From the NCBI GenBank assembly GCA_963726195.1, contig CAVSBO010000008.1, positions 32,001-96,000 on the forward strand: a stretch of DNA of 64,000 nucleotides, read 5' to 3'. Position numbers and translations under genes: made by a program. Source of the stretch: Candidatus Thorarchaeota archaeon. GTDB lineage: Archaea > Asgardarchaeota > Thorarchaeia > Thorarchaeales > Thorarchaeaceae. Positions within the stretch are counted from its first letter, which is position 1; each line of letters opens with the position of its first letter. The notes under the pieces are model-generated. The model ran no database searches. It had not been told where the DNA came from and saw only the letters and a list, made by a program, of their open reading frames with translations. Below, in pieces: positions 63,612 through 64,000 of the stretch.

Positions 63612-64000
63612 ACCACAGCCACCTATGTACGCAGATATTGCCACGGCCTGAAGAACATATGGAAATTGGGACAGATATTTCCAGCGGTATCTCGTCTTTC
63701 AGGTTCAATGACTGCTCGATCAGCATCGAATCGGAAGGCTGACCCACACGAGAAGCAATTGATATAGCATCGGCAGTTCACGCTGTTTCCCCTGAAAACA
63801 GAGCATATCTCTGAGGAGTTGACAGTCTGATGTCTCGAAACCGCGGCGTGAGGTATACAGCGGCATTTCTCCTGTTAATCTCGTTCTCTTACATAGGACT
63901 GCTTGTGTCAGGCTTCAGTACTTACACATCGTTCACTAACCCATACAGCTACATTCCAATAGGCCCCGTCTCATCCATCGAAGGGATGGGTGCTGTTCCA

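Noticed and set aside
63965-63992. Hairpin CATCC-ATCGAAG-GGATG at the window end as another IS end
   Set aside because: Short stem and context truncated by the window edge.
1-64000. CRISPR array, tRNA or rRNA genes
   Set aside because: No regularly spaced identical repeats, cloverleaf/T-loop signature or rRNA-like stretch was recognised by eye; a covariance-model scan would be needed to exclude small RNAs.

Overview
64 kb of archaeal chromosome, most likely an Asgard archaeon of the Thorarchaeia (inference: tandem Asgard-type profilins, a Thor-style LRR protein, archaeal uS19, Nop2/Nip7, PAC2, archaemetzincin). It is mostly housekeeping and transport genes: a MoxR/DUF58/DUF4350/DUF4129 operon led by a 1747-aa pseudo-transglutaminase surface protein, OPT/MFS/ABC transporters, EtfBA, a phosphohexomutase and endonuclease III. 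There are two IS200/IS605-family tnpB elements: one intact (about 18827-20101) and one degenerate (about 40713-42502). The best novel signal is a 604-bp recombinase-less gene cassette (41431-42034) inside the second tnpB. It carries a DUF1801 gene with bacterial sigma70-type promoters, is flanked by a GG dinucleotide, has symmetric attP-like arms, and its removal restores the tnpB frame exactly. Other notable items: a CHAT/caspase-like domain fused to a secreted lipase, loss of the transglutaminase catalytic triad, a possible duplicated TnpB right end, and a likely stand-alone TrmB-like barrel. At least 15 genes carry single-base frameshifts or in-frame stops, probably assembly errors, so 'split' genes should be read cautiously. 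No rRNA, tRNA or CRISPR array was recognised. All family calls come from motif recognition by eye, not database searches.
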